A stretch of 64,000 nt of DNA from positions 1,428 through 65,427 of the IMG/VR virus record IMGVR_UViG_3300038441_000626; one strand, given 5' to 3'. Both the position numbers and the translations under genes were made by a program. The notes under the pieces are model-generated. The model ran no database searches. It saw only the letters and a program-made list of their open reading frames with translations, and was not told the DNA's origin. This document shows, piece after piece, positions 28,062 through 38,510 of this stretch. Positions within the stretch are counted from its first letter, which is position 1. The number at the start of each line of letters is the position of its first letter. Origin of the DNA: a virus (Duplodnaviria > Caudoviricetes).

Positions 28062-28922
28062 ATGGCGGTACACTCTGGAAGATTCGGACTCATCGACGGG
28101 ATGAGTACGATGCGGCAGTGGTCGATCAACGACGCCCAGAATTTGGCGGTCGGCGTCGGGTCGAATACTGCCTTTGGAAAAGGACGACGCAAGGGCGTCG
28201 AGGACTGGACTGGGAACTTCGGCTTCTTTGGTGGCGTACCACCAGTGATGCCGGGTACGACTTTTAACTTCCAGGGATACACTGCACCCACGAATGACCA
28301 GTACGGTCCCGGCGTGCTCTACACCGGCATCGCCTTGTCAGGGCAAATGCAGTTGAACTGGAACTGGCAAGGCGGCGAGCTCATCAACGGCACGATGGAC
28401 TTCGGTGGACACCTTGTCCTTGAAATCGAAGAGGCCGGTGCTCCGCCTCTGGACACGACTGACCCAAGTCTGCTAACGATCGCCGAGTGTAAGATCCAGT
28501 ACTCGGTGGACGGTGTCGCTTGGGTCGACTGGGAGAGTATCGCCCAGTGCACGCTCACGGTTACTAACGAGTTGCAGACCTACGTGAACTCCGGAACCGT
28601 GATCGACGGGCGTCTGTGGACTGGCCGCAAGGCCGGTAACATGGACTGGAACATGAGCCTCACGGAGCACGATGACTCTAGGGCAAAGTTCTCCAAGGGC
28701 GATCAGCTCTGGATACGGCTGTACATCAACGAGACTGAGTTCTGGGAGTTCGCGTACGGTCGAGTTAAGGACAGCACTGGACTGCAAGTGAACCGCGAAA
28801 GCGGCGCTATCACCCAGCAGACTGTCAACATCGAGATGGATGTCGTCGCGGACGCCGACGCGTCACTCGGACACATTATTCTCCCGGACACCAGCGTCTG
28901 GTGGCCGGTTCCGCAGAGTTAA
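28062..28922 (+). CDS. Major tail tube protein
   Basis: MAVHSGRFG start, two-domain beta-rich protein upstream of chaperone and tape measure. Confidence 0.7.
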   Translation: MAVHSGRFGLIDGMSTMRQWSINDAQNLAVGVGSNTAFGKGRRKGVEDWTGNFGFFGGVPPVMPGTTFNFQGYTAPTNDQYGPGVLYTGIALSGQMQLNWNWQGGELINGTMDFGGHLVLEIEEAGAPPLDTTDPSLLTIAECKIQYSVDGVAWVDWESIAQCTLTVTNELQTYVNSGTVIDGRLWTGRKAGNMDWNMSLTEHDDSRAKFSKGDQLWIRLYINETEFWEFAYGRVKDSTGLQVNRESGAITQQTVNIEMDVVADADASLGHIILPDTSVWWPVPQS

Positions 28923-28950
28923 GTTCATCATCTATTAAGGATCACTACGC

Positions 28951-29388
28951 ATGGCCCATGTCACTGGCGCCTCGTTTCCGATTACTCTCGCAGGCAACAC
29001 GTATGAGCTGTTGCCTTTGAGTGATAAAGACTACGAGGAGATCAACAACTGGGGTCGCAAGCAGCTGATCGACATAGCTCGAGCCTCGTTCGATGACGAG
29101 ATGTCGCAAGACGAGCGTGACGAGATCCTTGGCGCTGCTCTTCGGGAGAGTCGAAGTGTTAACTTCATGACCCCGGACGGCGCTAAGTTCTTTAGGACTC
29201 CTATGGGGATCGCTCGAATCCTCTGGCAGGGTCTTCGCAAGCGTAACCCAAAGCTAGAATTAGTGACAGTCAGCGTTGCGATTAGGGATAACCCGGAAGA
29301 CATTCTCGAAGCGATGAACGTATTCAAGGAGCTCAACCTAGGTAAGATCGTCGAAAAGACGCCTACGCCAAAAAACGACGACGCGTAG
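28951..29388 (+). CDS. Tail assembly chaperone (G-like)
   Basis: Between tube and tape measure; ends just after slippery A AAA AAC. Confidence 0.8.
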   Translation: MAHVTGASFPITLAGNTYELLPLSDKDYEEINNWGRKQLIDIARASFDDEMSQDERDEILGAALRESRSVNFMTPDGAKFFRTPMGIARILWQGLRKRNPKLELVTVSVAIRDNPEDILEAMNVFKELNLGKIVEKTPTPKNDDA

Positions 29389-29585
29389 AGCCTCCGGATA
29401 AGGAAGAGCTCTACGCGATCTTAGCAAAACGGTTTGGCTTCACCGCTGACCAGATCTCGGACATGACGCCCTATCAACTATTGACTCTCTACGGGCCTGA
29501 TAAGGCCAGTGACACGTTGTACTTCAAGGACGAAGCTGAATACGCCAAGTGGTTAGGATCACCCGATGGACGACGCCCGTCTTAA
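29370..29585 (+). CDS. -1 frameshift extension of tail chaperone (T-like)
   Basis: A AAA AAC at 29370-29376; -1 frame is open: KRRRVEPPDKEELYAILAKRFGFTADQISDMTPYQLL... to TAA 29583-29585. Confidence 0.8.
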   Translation, partial: KKRRRVEPPDKEELYAILAKRFGFTADQISDMTPYQLLTLYGPDKASDTLYFKDEAEYAKWLGSPDGRRPS

Positions 29586-32145
29586 ACTACAAGGTGATAC
29601 TACTGAGCTGGACAAGGCTCTGGAAGGCACCGAGGAGGCGTTCGGTGAGCTCGGTGAAGAGGCTGAAAAGCAAGCTAGTATAGCCTCGAAGGCCTGGGAA
29701 GCTGTCAAGGCTACCCTTACGAAGGTCGCTGAGACTATCCAGTCGATCTGGGATAGGATAACCGAGGAGATAGCCAACGCCTTCACCACGATGATCGGTA
29801 AGATCAAGACCGGTCTTGATGCATTCATCCAAACTGAAGCACAGGTCGCCAAGTTAACTAGCACGCTTAGAGCGACACGCAATGCGATGCAGGTTACTAC
29901 GCATGAGCTGGAGGGTGTGATTAAGGGAATGCGTGGACTGTCGGTTCAGAGCGACGAATCCGTTCGGTCAGCTGCGATGGTCATGCTGCAGTTCCGCAAT
30001 GTTCGCGGTGACATTTTCAAGGATGCCATCAGGGGCGCGATGAACCTGGCCGCAATCACCGGAGACATGTCTAGTGCGGCTCGTGACTTTGGTGAGAAAC
30101 TTAATGACCCGATCGTCGCGCTGCGAGAGATGCACCTGGAAGGTGATAAGCTGACCAAGGTACAGCAGCGACAGCTGCAGTACATGATTAACATTAACGA
30201 CAAGGTTGGCATCCAGAGGATGCTGATGCAGAAACTCGCTGACCTGTACGGTGGTGCTGCGACACGTGAGATGAAGACGTTTGCCGGTCAAGCGCAGTTA
30301 CTCCAGAATGCTATCAATCGGATATTTGAGGCAATCGGCAGTCTGCTAGTGCCCACGTTAATGAACAAGTTCATCCCGGTAATGGAGAAAGCAGCTAAGA
30401 TCGTCGAGTTTTTAGTGTGGCGATTCGGCGAGAGTAGCGGCGAGATAGAGAAATCTTTCGACAAGTGGATAAGGATCGGCGAGAAATGGGCTGTCAGTTT
30501 TATGCACTGGGCTTTAGACGCCTTCAGCTACGTACAGACGCTCATAATGAACTGGGATACTGTTTCCGAGGTAGTCTGGGGAAAAATAAAAGAGTATGCG
30601 CTCTCAGCGCTCATGACGATCCTAGACTATGCGATTATGTGGGGTGGGAAGCTCATGGAGCTCATGCAGCCGGTGTTTGACCTGATAGTCGCCGGCTGGG
30701 AATACGTTGTTGAGGTTGCTATGGTTGCGTGGACGACTGTCTCAACGTACGTCATGACGTTCTGCGATATGGCGATGAAGGCGTTCAACGTATTCATCGA
30801 GACGATTGGTACCTGGGTAGAGGCGGTATGGGGATTCGCCGCTAGTATCATGGAAGCGCTGGAACCGGTGCTGCATTGGTTCTACGTCGCTGTAGGCGTT
30901 GTTGCATTCGTCGGTGTGTGCTTCTGGGAGGCTGGGAAGATGGCTGTCGAAGCTTTCCAGCTAGTCGTAGATATTATTCAGTTCGTGATCCAGTGCTTGA
31001 GGATCGCTACTGAGATTTCTATGATAGGACCTCGTCTCGCATGGACGGCTATTAGTGCACTCTTCAGACTGATTATGATGGGGGTTAATTTCGTTGCTGG
31101 AGGTGTCAGAATAGTTTGGGACGGCATCATGGACATGATAGGCATGGGCCTTAGAGGCGCCGGTAGGATGTTTGACATCTTTGGTGCCGTGATGCTTGCG
31201 CCGTTTAGGCTAGTCTGGACTGCCGTTAAAGGGCTGTTCGGGCTCATCTTTGGTGAAGGCAAAGGTCTATTCTCGCGGATAACTGACTGGTTCGCAGAGA
31301 TGGGCAAATGGCTCACTGGGAAGTTCTTTAACTGGGTTCTGGCGCCGTTCAAAGCAGTCGGTAAGGAGATCGACGAGCTGAAGGAGAAGTTCAAGGACCT
31401 TGAGATGCCGGACTTTGAAATGCCGGACTTCGGTCCCAAGAAGGAGGAATACGGCGTTAAAGGCGGCCAGATCGGCCCTGTAGCGCCTGCGGGAAAGGGT
31501 TTTCAGGATCCAGTAACGGCGATGTTCGAGAAGGCGGGTGTAGGCAAGCCAAAAGATAAGGGCATGTTTGGCGGCATATTCGAAGGTAAAATGCCAGAGT
31601 TCAAGATGCCTGAGTTAAAAATGCCTACGCTTCCCGGTAAGAAGGGTCCGATGCTGGGACCTGAGCTTCCTGAGGGTGTTGTGACGCCGAAGCCGCTCAA
31701 AGATGCGTTGACTGAACTTATAGCACCAGGTCTGATGGCCGGCAAGAAAGAGAAAGAAAAGGGCGCATTCGGTGCTGGGTTTGATGCGCAGCTCGAGGAG
31801 ATGAAGAAAAAGAACGCTAAGCTCTTCGACAGCTTCAAGCAGTGGGACAAAATCACTGGGGATACCCCACTAGGCACGGGCAAGGACAAGATGCCGTTCG
31901 GGCGTATGGGAACAGGCCTTCTCGGTGAGGAGACTAAAGCCGCGGGCTTCGAGGATCTCTTATCGCTCAATAAACGAATCACGGGCGCCGCGGCTAAACC
32001 TCCTGAGGTTGCGGCTATCGACAAGCAAACTGCAGTAATGGAAAGGCATCATTTTGAGCAAACGAAGCTGCAGAAGAAGCTAATCGAGCAGAATGCAGAG
32101 AAGACGACTAAGAAGGCTGCCTCTAAGTTTATCTTTGATGAGTAA
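29566..32145 (+). CDS. Tail tape measure protein
   Basis: 859-aa helical protein with periodic Trp/Phe, after chaperones. Confidence 0.9.
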   Translation: MDDARLKLQGDTTELDKALEGTEEAFGELGEEAEKQASIASKAWEAVKATLTKVAETIQSIWDRITEEIANAFTTMIGKIKTGLDAFIQTEAQVAKLTSTLRATRNAMQVTTHELEGVIKGMRGLSVQSDESVRSAAMVMLQFRNVRGDIFKDAIRGAMNLAAITGDMSSAARDFGEKLNDPIVALREMHLEGDKLTKVQQRQLQYMININDKVGIQRMLMQKLADLYGGAATREMKTFAGQAQLLQNAINRIFEAIGSLLVPTLMNKFIPVMEKAAKIVEFLVWRFGESSGEIEKSFDKWIRIGEKWAVSFMHWALDAFSYVQTLIMNWDTVSEVVWGKIKEYALSALMTILDYAIMWGGKLMELMQPVFDLIVAGWEYVVEVAMVAWTTVSTYVMTFCDMAMKAFNVFIETIGTWVEAVWGFAASIMEALEPVLHWFYVAVGVVAFVGVCFWEAGKMAVEAFQLVVDIIQFVIQCLRIATEISMIGPRLAWTAISALFRLIMMGVNFVAGGVRIVWDGIMDMIGMGLRGAGRMFDIFGAVMLAPFRLVWTAVKGLFGLIFGEGKGLFSRITDWFAEMGKWLTGKFFNWVLAPFKAVGKEIDELKEKFKDLEMPDFEMPDFGPKKEEYGVKGGQIGPVAPAGKGFQDPVTAMFEKAGVGKPKDKGMFGGIFEGKMPEFKMPELKMPTLPGKKGPMLGPELPEGVVTPKPLKDALTELIAPGLMAGKKEKEKGAFGAGFDAQLEEMKKKNAKLFDSFKQWDKITGDTPLGTGKDKMPFGRMGTGLLGEETKAAGFEDLLSLNKRITGAAAKPPEVAAIDKQTAVMERHHFEQTKLQKKLIEQNAEKTTKKAASKFIFDE

Positions 32146-32148
32146 ACG

Positions 32149-32925
32149 ATGGCGTGCATCTGGTCCCCGACTATCGACTGCGCCGAAGAGCAGGGCTCCT
32201 GTACTGAGGAGTACGATGAGGAGTTTGGCATTTTGTCGGCTCAAGTAGTATTAAGATGCCTGTACATCAACCGTCATGCCCTTGCTTCTGATATTTGCGG
32301 TAATCGTCGTCCATACCCAAAGGGCTCCGCAGGTCCGACACCTGTAGCCCTCCGGGCGTCGATCGCGGGTACCGATACCGCTGGATTCACCGACGAGCAA
32401 GGAATCTTTCCGCTGCACGCCCTGGTGACGATCCAGTACTCGTCGAAGCTCAAGGACCAGTACAGCGAATCTATCGAGCCCACGGTAGAGTTCCAGGACC
32501 TGGACTACCGTAACTTCAAATGGTCAAGTGGTGCGAAGCTCTGTGAGGATGAGCACCCTGCATTCCTAGTCCGTGGCATGAACCTCTGTCGATCAGAGGT
32601 GGACCTGACTGAGGTGCAGGTGTCGATCCCTGAATTGACTACGCTAGCTGGGCATGTCAATGCTGCACCGTACACTAGTAGTTTACTGGGAAGATCATTC
32701 GCCGCAGAGACTTTACTGTACCATGCGCCAGTGATAAACAGGAAGGTGAACTCGCTGAACATCGCAAAGTTCGACGTCAGCAAGAAGTGGTCGATCAACT
32801 ACAACGGCTGGAACAGGTACTACCGAGCCAAAACGAACGCCTACGAGGTGATCGTTCACGGACTGACGGGTGTAGAGTTTAAGTGCTATCCGGTTTCTAG
32901 TATGACTGCAATACTCCCGCCGTAA
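32149..32925 (+). CDS. Putative tail tip (distal tail/hub-like) protein
   Basis: Position immediately after tape measure only. Confidence 0.5.
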   Translation: MACIWSPTIDCAEEQGSCTEEYDEEFGILSAQVVLRCLYINRHALASDICGNRRPYPKGSAGPTPVALRASIAGTDTAGFTDEQGIFPLHALVTIQYSSKLKDQYSESIEPTVEFQDLDYRNFKWSSGAKLCEDEHPAFLVRGMNLCRSEVDLTEVQVSIPELTTLAGHVNAAPYTSSLLGRSFAAETLLYHAPVINRKVNSLNIAKFDVSKKWSINYNGWNRYYRAKTNAYEVIVHGLTGVEFKCYPVSSMTAILPP

Positions 32926-35900
32926 TGGCTGACTACACCCCTCGGGACCTGCTGAAGCATGTTAAGGCGGGCGACACGTTAAGCGCGAAGATGTATAACG
33001 CGCTTGTCGACTTCGCCCAAGCCAAGGGGTTGCCACCGGCACGCGGTTCTCGCGAAGAGCAAAGTGGCTTCATCTTCAAGAGCGAGCACCGGCGACGCGC
33101 GCTCTGGGTGCCTGTTATCGCTGAAGAAGAGGTCCCCGAGTACAGCGTCGTCGAGGTCTCCCAGGGCATAATCGGCGACGATGGCGAGCTGACCCTTCTG
33201 GTGCGCCTCGCGCAAGACACCCCGAGGCTGTTCGCGGCCAACGAAGCTTACCCGATCGCAGCTAACGGTGAGGGTTGGGTCCGGATCATTACTCCGTATG
33301 ACCCTGTTCAGGTCAAGTGTGAAGAGGGCGTAAGATTCTTTGATCGCTTGAGCCCTGACAGCGACACAGGTCTCTTAACTCGTGAGGCCGGTGGTATACT
33401 GTTAGCTGCGTCGGACTATCAGGTCGCGACGGTCGAGGGTGGCTGTAAGACGTATGTGGTTTACGTCGTCGCAGCCCAAGGGCAAGCGCTACTGGCTATG
33501 CCGCGGTGTGATGGGTCTGGGATTTCTCCGAGGTCAGGAAATACGCCAGGTTCAGCAGAGTGTTGCATCTTCGAGCTTAGCATCGACGGTGTAATTGAGC
33601 CATTGATGTCGTTCGACGGAGACATACTCCGTAGGACGATCTACAACCCGCATGACGTCGTCGTACCGAATAACGTATATACCAAGATACACATAGGCGA
33701 CTCCAGCCTGTGGGTATGTGATTACCCACATGGGGCGTCAGTAACGACAACGTCGTATAACCCTGGTGGTGTATATCAGCCTCCGGCCATTATCCCAGGC
33801 GTTCCGATCTGTGAAGGTATCTGCAAGTGGACATGGAGCACCGATCAGGCGATCTGGTTGCTCGATGAGGATAACTGCGAAGAAGTTATACCGACGAGCA
33901 CTACCGATATAGCCGGCGGGCCCAGCACCCCACCTCCTGATCCATCTTCTAGCACTAGTACGAGCACTACCACTACGATATGTCCGTGCCCGCCTCCTAG
34001 AGTAGTCGATCCTGGGCCCACGTGCTCAGGATACTGCACTTATGAGTGGGACGGCGAAGAGTGGATCGAGCACTGTGATGAGTGTGAAGAAGGCTGTGAG
34101 TGCAAACCTGCACCAGCGGCACCTGGCAACACAGAAGGCCAGATCAAGCAAGTCAAGTGCCAGACGACGAGCACTACTAGCACTACGCCTGATCCGGCTT
34201 CAACTACTACTGCTGGCCCGACTAGCACTAGCACCACACCGAAGCCATGCCGATGTTTGCCACCTACATTCTGCGGCGGTGATTGCACGAACGCAGTAAC
34301 GTACTGTAGTGGGAACAAGACACCACCGACGACGCCACAGCCTTGCAGGACTACTAGCAGTTCTAGTACTAGTAGTACTAGCAGTACTAGCACTAGCACT
34401 ACGACGAGTACTGGAACGTATGCGCCTGGTGATCCGTGCCAACCTGGCGGTCCAGGTGGCGGTACGAATCCGCCTCCGGGTTCACCGATCTATCCACCAG
34501 GTCAAGAATGCTACGGGTGTGCGTGGTATGTCGGGTCTACTGGTATCATCACCACGCTCTACAGCCGATGTAATTATTCTGCCACAAACCAATATGGATC
34601 AGTTGGTTGTAAGTGCATGCCGGTACCTGGATCGTTAAATCTTTGCACAACGTATGAGGTAGGCTGTGAATACGTATCTGCTGGTCCGCCGCCAGAGCCT
34701 CCTATACCACGTTGCGGTGGCGGCTGTAAATGGCTATGCACTGATGCTGGTGGTTGGGTGAGCGCTGGTGGTGGTTGTCAAAATCCTACTGGTAGAGATT
34801 GTGCATGTACTTGTGGCTCGCCTCCTAGTGGATCATGTGAGTGTGGAGATCAAACTACTATAGCTTGCGGCTGGTACTGCGATGATCCTCCGCCGCCTGA
34901 TCCGACTACTACAACTCTGTGCCCGGGCCGACCTAACCCGACGCCACCGCCTACTACGTCAAGTAGACCGCCGACTACTACCACGCCGAACTGCGACAAC
35001 GGGCACTGCATCTGGGAGTGGGACGTTGAGGAAGAAGAGTGGACACTCAAAACAGACGTGTGTCCTGACAACAGGGACTGCGAGTGCAATAACCCGCCTC
35101 GATTCGCTGGGTCAGTCGGGTCACAGTGCGCCAAGACTAGCTGTGGTGGACCGACGAGTACCAGTACGACGACCAGTACTACGCCTGATCCCGGGTGCTG
35201 CCATCAGTTTGTAGGCCGCGAGGCAGTTACAGTAGCATGGGCTTTTGAAGGAGAAGGATGTCCATCTGAGCCATTTCCGCTTACACTGTATAGAGTGAAT
35301 GAGACGTGCTTCGCATGGAGTGGTGCACTTCCATGCGGTGATAATATAAGCTTCAAGGTGTGCTGCGATCCGACTGCGGGTGAAACATGTGATGCATTAA
35401 CAGTTGAATCTTCTGTCGCGTGTATTGTTCCTCCGGACCTACCGTGCTCTATAACAAGCTGCGACTGCAATGCTCCTGGGTACTTCGAATACTCCTGCTT
35501 TAATCCAGAAGCGGATCCTACGGGCTGCGACTGCTGCGGTGCAACTACAACGACGACCACGCTGGTTCCGGGTACGTGCTGCGGCGGTTCGAAGACCCTG
35601 ACACTATCACGGACTGGCGCCACGGTCGTTATCCCAGTAACCTGGAATGGAGCAGGAGCTTGGGTCGCTGATGACTTCCCGATTGGTGCAGCTGGATTCC
35701 TTGGAGCCTCGCCGGCTTGCATGGCGGGAACGTGCGATGTCTACATAACTTGCGGAGGAACGATAGCTGTTCCCGTAATTTCAATCAACATCACTACTAC
35801 AGTTTCAGGAGCGGCGACAAACTGTGGTCCGACGATCACACTGAAGCAATGCAGTCCGTTCCGTGTTGAAGGTGTTCTCGAAGCTGGTGACCCGTGCATG

Positions 35901-35948
35901 CCAGGAACATGCATAGGATCACCTCAAATTGACTTCTTGTTAGAGTAA
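32925..35948 (+). CDS. Cys-rich, Thr/Ser/Pro mucin-like putative tail protein
   Basis: 1007 aa; repeated CxGxCxW modules separated by TSTTSTT/PPP tracts. Confidence 0.75.
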   Translation: MADYTPRDLLKHVKAGDTLSAKMYNALVDFAQAKGLPPARGSREEQSGFIFKSEHRRRALWVPVIAEEEVPEYSVVEVSQGIIGDDGELTLLVRLAQDTPRLFAANEAYPIAANGEGWVRIITPYDPVQVKCEEGVRFFDRLSPDSDTGLLTREAGGILLAASDYQVATVEGGCKTYVVYVVAAQGQALLAMPRCDGSGISPRSGNTPGSAECCIFELSIDGVIEPLMSFDGDILRRTIYNPHDVVVPNNVYTKIHIGDSSLWVCDYPHGASVTTTSYNPGGVYQPPAIIPGVPICEGICKWTWSTDQAIWLLDEDNCEEVIPTSTTDIAGGPSTPPPDPSSSTSTSTTTTICPCPPPRVVDPGPTCSGYCTYEWDGEEWIEHCDECEEGCECKPAPAAPGNTEGQIKQVKCQTTSTTSTTPDPASTTTAGPTSTSTTPKPCRCLPPTFCGGDCTNAVTYCSGNKTPPTTPQPCRTTSSSSTSSTSSTSTSTTTSTGTYAPGDPCQPGGPGGGTNPPPGSPIYPPGQECYGCAWYVGSTGIITTLYSRCNYSATNQYGSVGCKCMPVPGSLNLCTTYEVGCEYVSAGPPPEPPIPRCGGGCKWLCTDAGGWVSAGGGCQNPTGRDCACTCGSPPSGSCECGDQTTIACGWYCDDPPPPDPTTTTLCPGRPNPTPPPTTSSRPPTTTTPNCDNGHCIWEWDVEEEEWTLKTDVCPDNRDCECNNPPRFAGSVGSQCAKTSCGGPTSTSTTTSTTPDPGCCHQFVGREAVTVAWAFEGEGCPSEPFPLTLYRVNETCFAWSGALPCGDNISFKVCCDPTAGETCDALTVESSVACIVPPDLPCSITSCDCNAPGYFEYSCFNPEADPTGCDCCGATTTTTTLVPGTCCGGSKTLTLSRTGATVVIPVTWNGAGAWVADDFPIGAAGFLGASPACMAGTCDVYITCGGTIAVPVISINITTTVSGAATNCGPTITLKQCSPFRVEGVLEAGDPCMPGTCIGSPQIDFLLE

Positions 35949-35953
35949 TCACT

Positions 35954-37729
35954 ATGAAACTCACTATCGGCATGGCGTGCTATGATGACTTCAACGGTGT
36001 ATACTTCACCGTGATGCACCTCAGGGAGATGGAGTCTCCTGAGTTTCTAAAGCAATGTGAGCTCATCGTAGTCGATAACGACCCAAAGACAGGTGGTCGT
36101 GTTCAGCAGGTAGTCAACAGCGCTGTCGGCGACTTCGCGAAGGTGCGGTACGTACCGTTCGACAAGGTCATCGGTACGGCTGCACCACGGCAGCACATCT
36201 TTGACATCGCTGAAGGTGAGTACGTCGTATGCATGGACTCGCATATCCTAATTCAGCGGTTCGGTCTCGAGGCGTTGATGGGCTATTACCAATGGAATCC
36301 CGAGAGCATTGACATCATCTCGGGTCCGTTGGTTTACGACGACCGCAAGAACATTTCAACGCACTTCGAGGACGTGATCCGTCACGGTATGTGGGGCGTC
36401 TGGGGCACGGATGCGCGTGGTGAGGATCCGTTAGGCAAAGCATTTGAGATCGGTGCCATGGGCCTTGGACTGTTCTCTTGTCGTAAGGCGGCGTGGCAAG
36501 GATTTAATCCGGCGATGGATGGCTTCGGCGGTGAGGAATGGTACATCCACGACAAGTTCCGTATAGCAGGTGGTAAGGCGTTGTGCTTACCCGCACTGCG
36601 GTGGATTCATCGGTTCAACGAGGGCCAGCCGTACCCACGGACTAACATCCAGAAGATCAGGAACCACATTTTGGCGGGCACAGAGATACTGGCGCACCGG
36701 CCAGACATCCTGGATAGGTTCCGTAAGCACTTCGTCGATGGAATCAACGAGGACGGGACGCAGTGGCCCAGTGATCAGGCTAGGCTAGGTAACATCTGCT
36801 CAATAAAACAATGGGACATGATGATCGCCGACCCATTGACTCCGGCGTCGGTCGTTGCAGGTGACAAGACGGGGTGCGGCTCGTGTGGGCAATCTGGGCG
36901 TGTCGAATTTGAACAGATGACCTCACTGGAGGACCTGTACAATCGAGTACATAAGTCCAATGGTGACATCAATGAGCACATGCCAGCCTTAAAGGCTTTA
37001 GCAGCAAAGGTTGACCACGTCACTGACTTCGGGATGCGGCATGCGGCGTCGACCTGTGCTATGCTGATGGGCCAACCTAAGACGCTAATCAGCTATGCGA
37101 AGGCACAGTACCCTGAGGCTCCAGGCTTAATGAAGCACAAGGGTAATACGGACTTCAAATTCAAGTTTGGCGACTCATTGACTGTGGAGCCGCATGAAAC
37201 CGACATGTTGTTCATCGACACAGTTCACACTTACGCCAGACTCAAACAGGAACTCGAACGATGGGCACCGTATGTCAAACGGTACATCGTACGACACGAC
37301 ACGGTGGTTTTTGGCCATCGAGGTGAGGATGGCGGGCCTGGCCTTATTCGAGCGATAGCCGAGTTCGTGCGGACTTCCAATGATGGATGGACTGTAGTGC
37401 AGCACAATCGAAACAATAACGGCTTGATGATCTTGTCGAGAAGCTCCGAAGACCGTCCCAAGGCTCCGAACCTTCTAGTACGGGGCATGAACCTTGCAGC
37501 AGCGATGACCAAGTGGACAATGGCGGGCATGCCGCGGACCGAAGAGGCGCTCTACGAGCGACGCCTTGATACGTGCGCGGTGTGCCCGCTGCTTGTAATG
37601 GCGAAGGACCCGATGACCGGTTCAGAGGAGCTCACGTGTTCAGAGTGCGGATGCCCAGTCCATCGTAAGGCATCGGTTGCGACCGACTACTGTCCGCATC
37701 CTGAGGGTGATAAGTGGGTTGACTTATGA
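35954..37729 (+). CDS. GT-A glycosyltransferase (DxH, ppGalNAc-T-like) fused to class I methyltransferase and Cys-rich C-terminal domain
   Basis: LIVVDN, CMDSH, GLFS...FGGEE; DMLFIDTVH...HDT; RRLDTCAVCP..CSECGC..CP..KW. Confidence 0.8.
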   Translation: MKLTIGMACYDDFNGVYFTVMHLREMESPEFLKQCELIVVDNDPKTGGRVQQVVNSAVGDFAKVRYVPFDKVIGTAAPRQHIFDIAEGEYVVCMDSHILIQRFGLEALMGYYQWNPESIDIISGPLVYDDRKNISTHFEDVIRHGMWGVWGTDARGEDPLGKAFEIGAMGLGLFSCRKAAWQGFNPAMDGFGGEEWYIHDKFRIAGGKALCLPALRWIHRFNEGQPYPRTNIQKIRNHILAGTEILAHRPDILDRFRKHFVDGINEDGTQWPSDQARLGNICSIKQWDMMIADPLTPASVVAGDKTGCGSCGQSGRVEFEQMTSLEDLYNRVHKSNGDINEHMPALKALAAKVDHVTDFGMRHAASTCAMLMGQPKTLISYAKAQYPEAPGLMKHKGNTDFKFKFGDSLTVEPHETDMLFIDTVHTYARLKQELERWAPYVKRYIVRHDTVVFGHRGEDGGPGLIRAIAEFVRTSNDGWTVVQHNRNNNGLMILSRSSEDRPKAPNLLVRGMNLAAAMTKWTMAGMPRTEEALYERRLDTCAVCPLLVMAKDPMTGSEELTCSECGCPVHRKASVATDYCPHPEGDKWVDL

Positions 37730-37747
37730 TTTCTCATCTGATATAAT
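37719..37747 (+). promoter_or_regulatory. Sigma70-type promoter
   Basis: TTGACT-17-TATAAT with TGn extension; ATG follows after a 7-nt gap. Confidence 0.8.
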
Positions 37748-37754
37748 CACTACT

Positions 37755-38510
37755 ATGCCAAACCTTCCATTCGTATCATGTCTGTGTCCGACGTACAAGC
37801 GTCCGCAGCTTCTTGCCAACGCAGTAGCCTGCTTTCAAACGCAGGACTATGAAGGTCCAATGGAGCTCGTAGTTCTCGATGACGCGGGAACTATTCAAGG
37901 CTTCGTATACAAGAATGAGCTCGCTCGAGGATCTCCTGAGCGTTGCAGTCTTTTATTCTCGGTACCGCATAGGTTCCCATCACTACCTTGTAAGTATAAT
38001 TGGCTTGCTCGTGGGTCGCAGGGCTCTATTTTAGTCGTCTGGGAGGACGACGACATATACCTGCCCTGGCACGTATCCTGTCACGTCGAGACTCTACGGG
38101 TCACTAACGGGCAGTGGTCGAAGCCGTACATCATCGGCAGCACGTATCCAGGCCATCTAGTAGAAGAGTCATCTGCCGGTCGGTTTCACGGCTCAATGGC
38201 TATAACTCGCAAGGCTTTTAACGAGACGGGCGGCTGGCCGGAGACCGACAGCCGTGACTACGACATGCAGATGTTCAAGAAGCTCACTGATCTCTACATG
38301 GGCCCGGCTGACCCTATTAAACTCAAACGTGAGGTGAGCTACGTATTCAGATGGGGTTCGACGCACGCGTATCACGGGTCATCTTATGATATGATGACCT
38401 GGTATCACGAGGTCGGTAAACTCGATAAGCTACCTAGTGACGACGTAATCATTGAAGTTGATTTCGACGAGGAGACTCGAGGCATTTATGCCCAGCTATC
38501 CGCTACCTAG
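37755..38510 (+). CDS. GT2-like glycosyltransferase
   Basis: VSCLCPTY, LVVLDD, WEDDD, GGWP motifs. Confidence 0.85.
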   Translation: MPNLPFVSCLCPTYKRPQLLANAVACFQTQDYEGPMELVVLDDAGTIQGFVYKNELARGSPERCSLLFSVPHRFPSLPCKYNWLARGSQGSILVVWEDDDIYLPWHVSCHVETLRVTNGQWSKPYIIGSTYPGHLVEESSAGRFHGSMAITRKAFNETGGWPETDSRDYDMQMFKKLTDLYMGPADPIKLKREVSYVFRWGSTHAYHGSSYDMMTWYHEVGKLDKLPSDDVIIEVDFDEETRGIYAQLSAT

